From: Trichinella spiralis
Taxonomy: Eukaryota
Reading direction: 5' to 3'
DNA length: 64,000 nucleotides
Assembly: GCF_000181795.1 (NCBI RefSeq)
Contig: NW_003526943.1
Coordinates: 3,809,228 to 3,873,227 of the forward strand
The notes under the pieces are model-generated. The model saw only the letters and a program-made list of their open reading frames with translations. It had not been told where the DNA came from and made no database searches. Below, one piece after another: positions 62,031-64,000 of the stretch. The position numbers and the translations under genes are program-made. Positions within the stretch are counted from its first letter, which is position 1; each line of letters opens with the position of its first letter.

Positions 62031-64000
62031 CTAAATAGCAAAATCGGCACTTATCTTTAGGCAGTTCTCAAAATAGTAGCTCCAGTCAAGAAAAAAGTTT
62101 TATTTTACGTCCAAAATGAAAAATATGCTAGCTTTATATGCATTTCTACTGCGCACACAACAGTAATGTTTTATTACATAATTCTTACCGTAACAGATGC
62201 GACAACATAGAACACTTTTTCAAAAAGAATTAACTTTTTGAATTAATAAATTATTCCACGTATAACTTTAAACTTTTTAAAATTGATTAAATATACAAGC
62301 TTTAAAAAATTCTGCAAATTATAATAATGACCGTTTTTTGCGATTAATTACAGTTAATTAATGAAATTAATATTACAGGCAATCAATCTTTGTGATTTTT
62401 TCAGCGATTTTTCTGAAAAAATTATTGCCGCAAGAAGAACATTTGTCGCAATTGAGCTGAAGCCGAATACAATCTGGATCGCTTGAACAGTTGTTGCGTC
62501 TTTATTCATAATTTTCTACTTTAATTTTCTAAAATAATTTTTATATATATGAAATAATATGAAAACGCCATTTATCAGTTGTCTACTTTGTAGTAATGAT
62601 GAATTTTTCAATTTCAACAAAATCTTCCACAAAACAATAAAGTTGAAACATGAAATCAAGCATATTATAAATGAAAATGAATAAATAAGAACGTCAACAG
62701 TTGAAATAAATGAACAAACTTCTTTTTAATTTGTAAAACAAATTTTCTTCCTGCAATGTAGAAAATTGTCAAAAGCAGTTTTCAACTATAGCATTCATCA
62801 TGAACGAATAATAAATAATTATATTACAACTGCATTTGTAAAACTGATTATTTTATTTTAATAAAACAATTTTGAATGTACGTTTTTAATAACAAAAAAT
62901 CATACTGTCAGTGGAAATGTAAAACTTCAAGAGTTCACGTGTAATGTTAAATGCACATTAAAGGAAGCGCGGCATCATTAAGAAATGAAGAATAATGCTA
63001 TTGATAATAAGCAACGTTGCTTAATTAATATAAAATCATAAACATCCGATGTAATTATAATATGATAATCGACATTCTCAAATTAAGTAAAATTATAACA
63101 GTTTTCAAATTCACTGTGTCAAATAGCCATATAATTTCAAGCAAACGTTGTTAATTTTTTTTATTTTATGTTAATTTGAAATGTTTCAAATATAGAAAGT
63201 ATTTTCTCTTTTTTCAATTACGTCTTTGTATATGCAATTACATTTACATATACATGTTAATTATATTCATATGAAAAACTTACAATTACCAAAATACTGA
63301 AATTCACATGTTTATACTTCACTGAATTTGATATGACATGACTGATTTGATCTAGCCATAAATCAAGCATAATCAAATAATACATTTTTAAAAATATTTC
63401 ATAGCTTTCAATATAATCAAGTAAATCTGATGCACATTACTTAATTTTATTAAGAAATTAATTTTGTAGCTATATGCGAAAAGGAAAAAATATATATTTA
63501 GCAGATAATATGTTTTATTTTTAAATTTGTTAAAAACGGATGATAAAAATAATAAAAATGATAATAATAAGTGAATCAAATTTAATTTAGAAAGGATTGT
63601 GCGCAAAATCACGATGTTCAACATGGTTACTCATTAACTGAAGAGAGCGATTCTTATAATTAAACTTCATTGCTTGACGTAATTTATTGTATTTGAAAAT
63701 TATAAATCGATTATAATTAAAATTTGATTATATAATTAACGTATAGTTAAGAGGCTTATCTATTAAGGATGTTTAATAATACTCATAACAACAATAATAA
63801 TACTATATTAATTGCTGCCTATTAATTAAAAAATCAAAAATTTATTAATTTAAAAATGTTATCATATTCAATTGCCTTATACTTTCATCACATGATGGCA
63901 CCAGTGAATACTGGAACTGTTTTGAAAATTTTGAAAACCTTTTGATATATTATTATTTTTACGATATATTTGGCTTTTATTCATAGCATTTATATATATA

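Overview
AT-rich, intron-rich eukaryotic DNA with short GT-AG introns and gene content typical of a nematode; the cystatin-like gene and general style suggest Trichinella or a relative (inference). Recognisable genes: ANKRD11/12-like (runs off the left edge), IER3IP1/Yos1, ZnT1/CDF zinc exporter, a small FN3 protein, MRPL37, a CHK/EcKL kinase-like protein, a two-pore K+ channel, TAF1B/RRN7, SMC3, NDUFS2, FGFR1OP2/SIKE and two 7TM chemoreceptors. Two structures stand out. (1) 26.8-32.3 kb is a transposon cluster: a Chapaev3-like remnant, then two TTAA-flanked piggyBac-like elements in inverted orientation that tightly enclose a two-exon secreted cystatin-like gene. (2) About 35.4-45.2 kb is an old tandem duplication with breakpoints inside TAF1B and SMC3. 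It left dead fragments of both hosts but doubled an intronless PKA-like kinase nested antisense in an SMC3 intron; the two kinase ORFs are about 98-99% identical while their flanks are heavily diverged, pointing to gene conversion. A Gypsy integrase tail with PPT and 3' LTR lies at 51.0-51.6 kb. Exon boundaries and difference counts were read by eye and are approximate.
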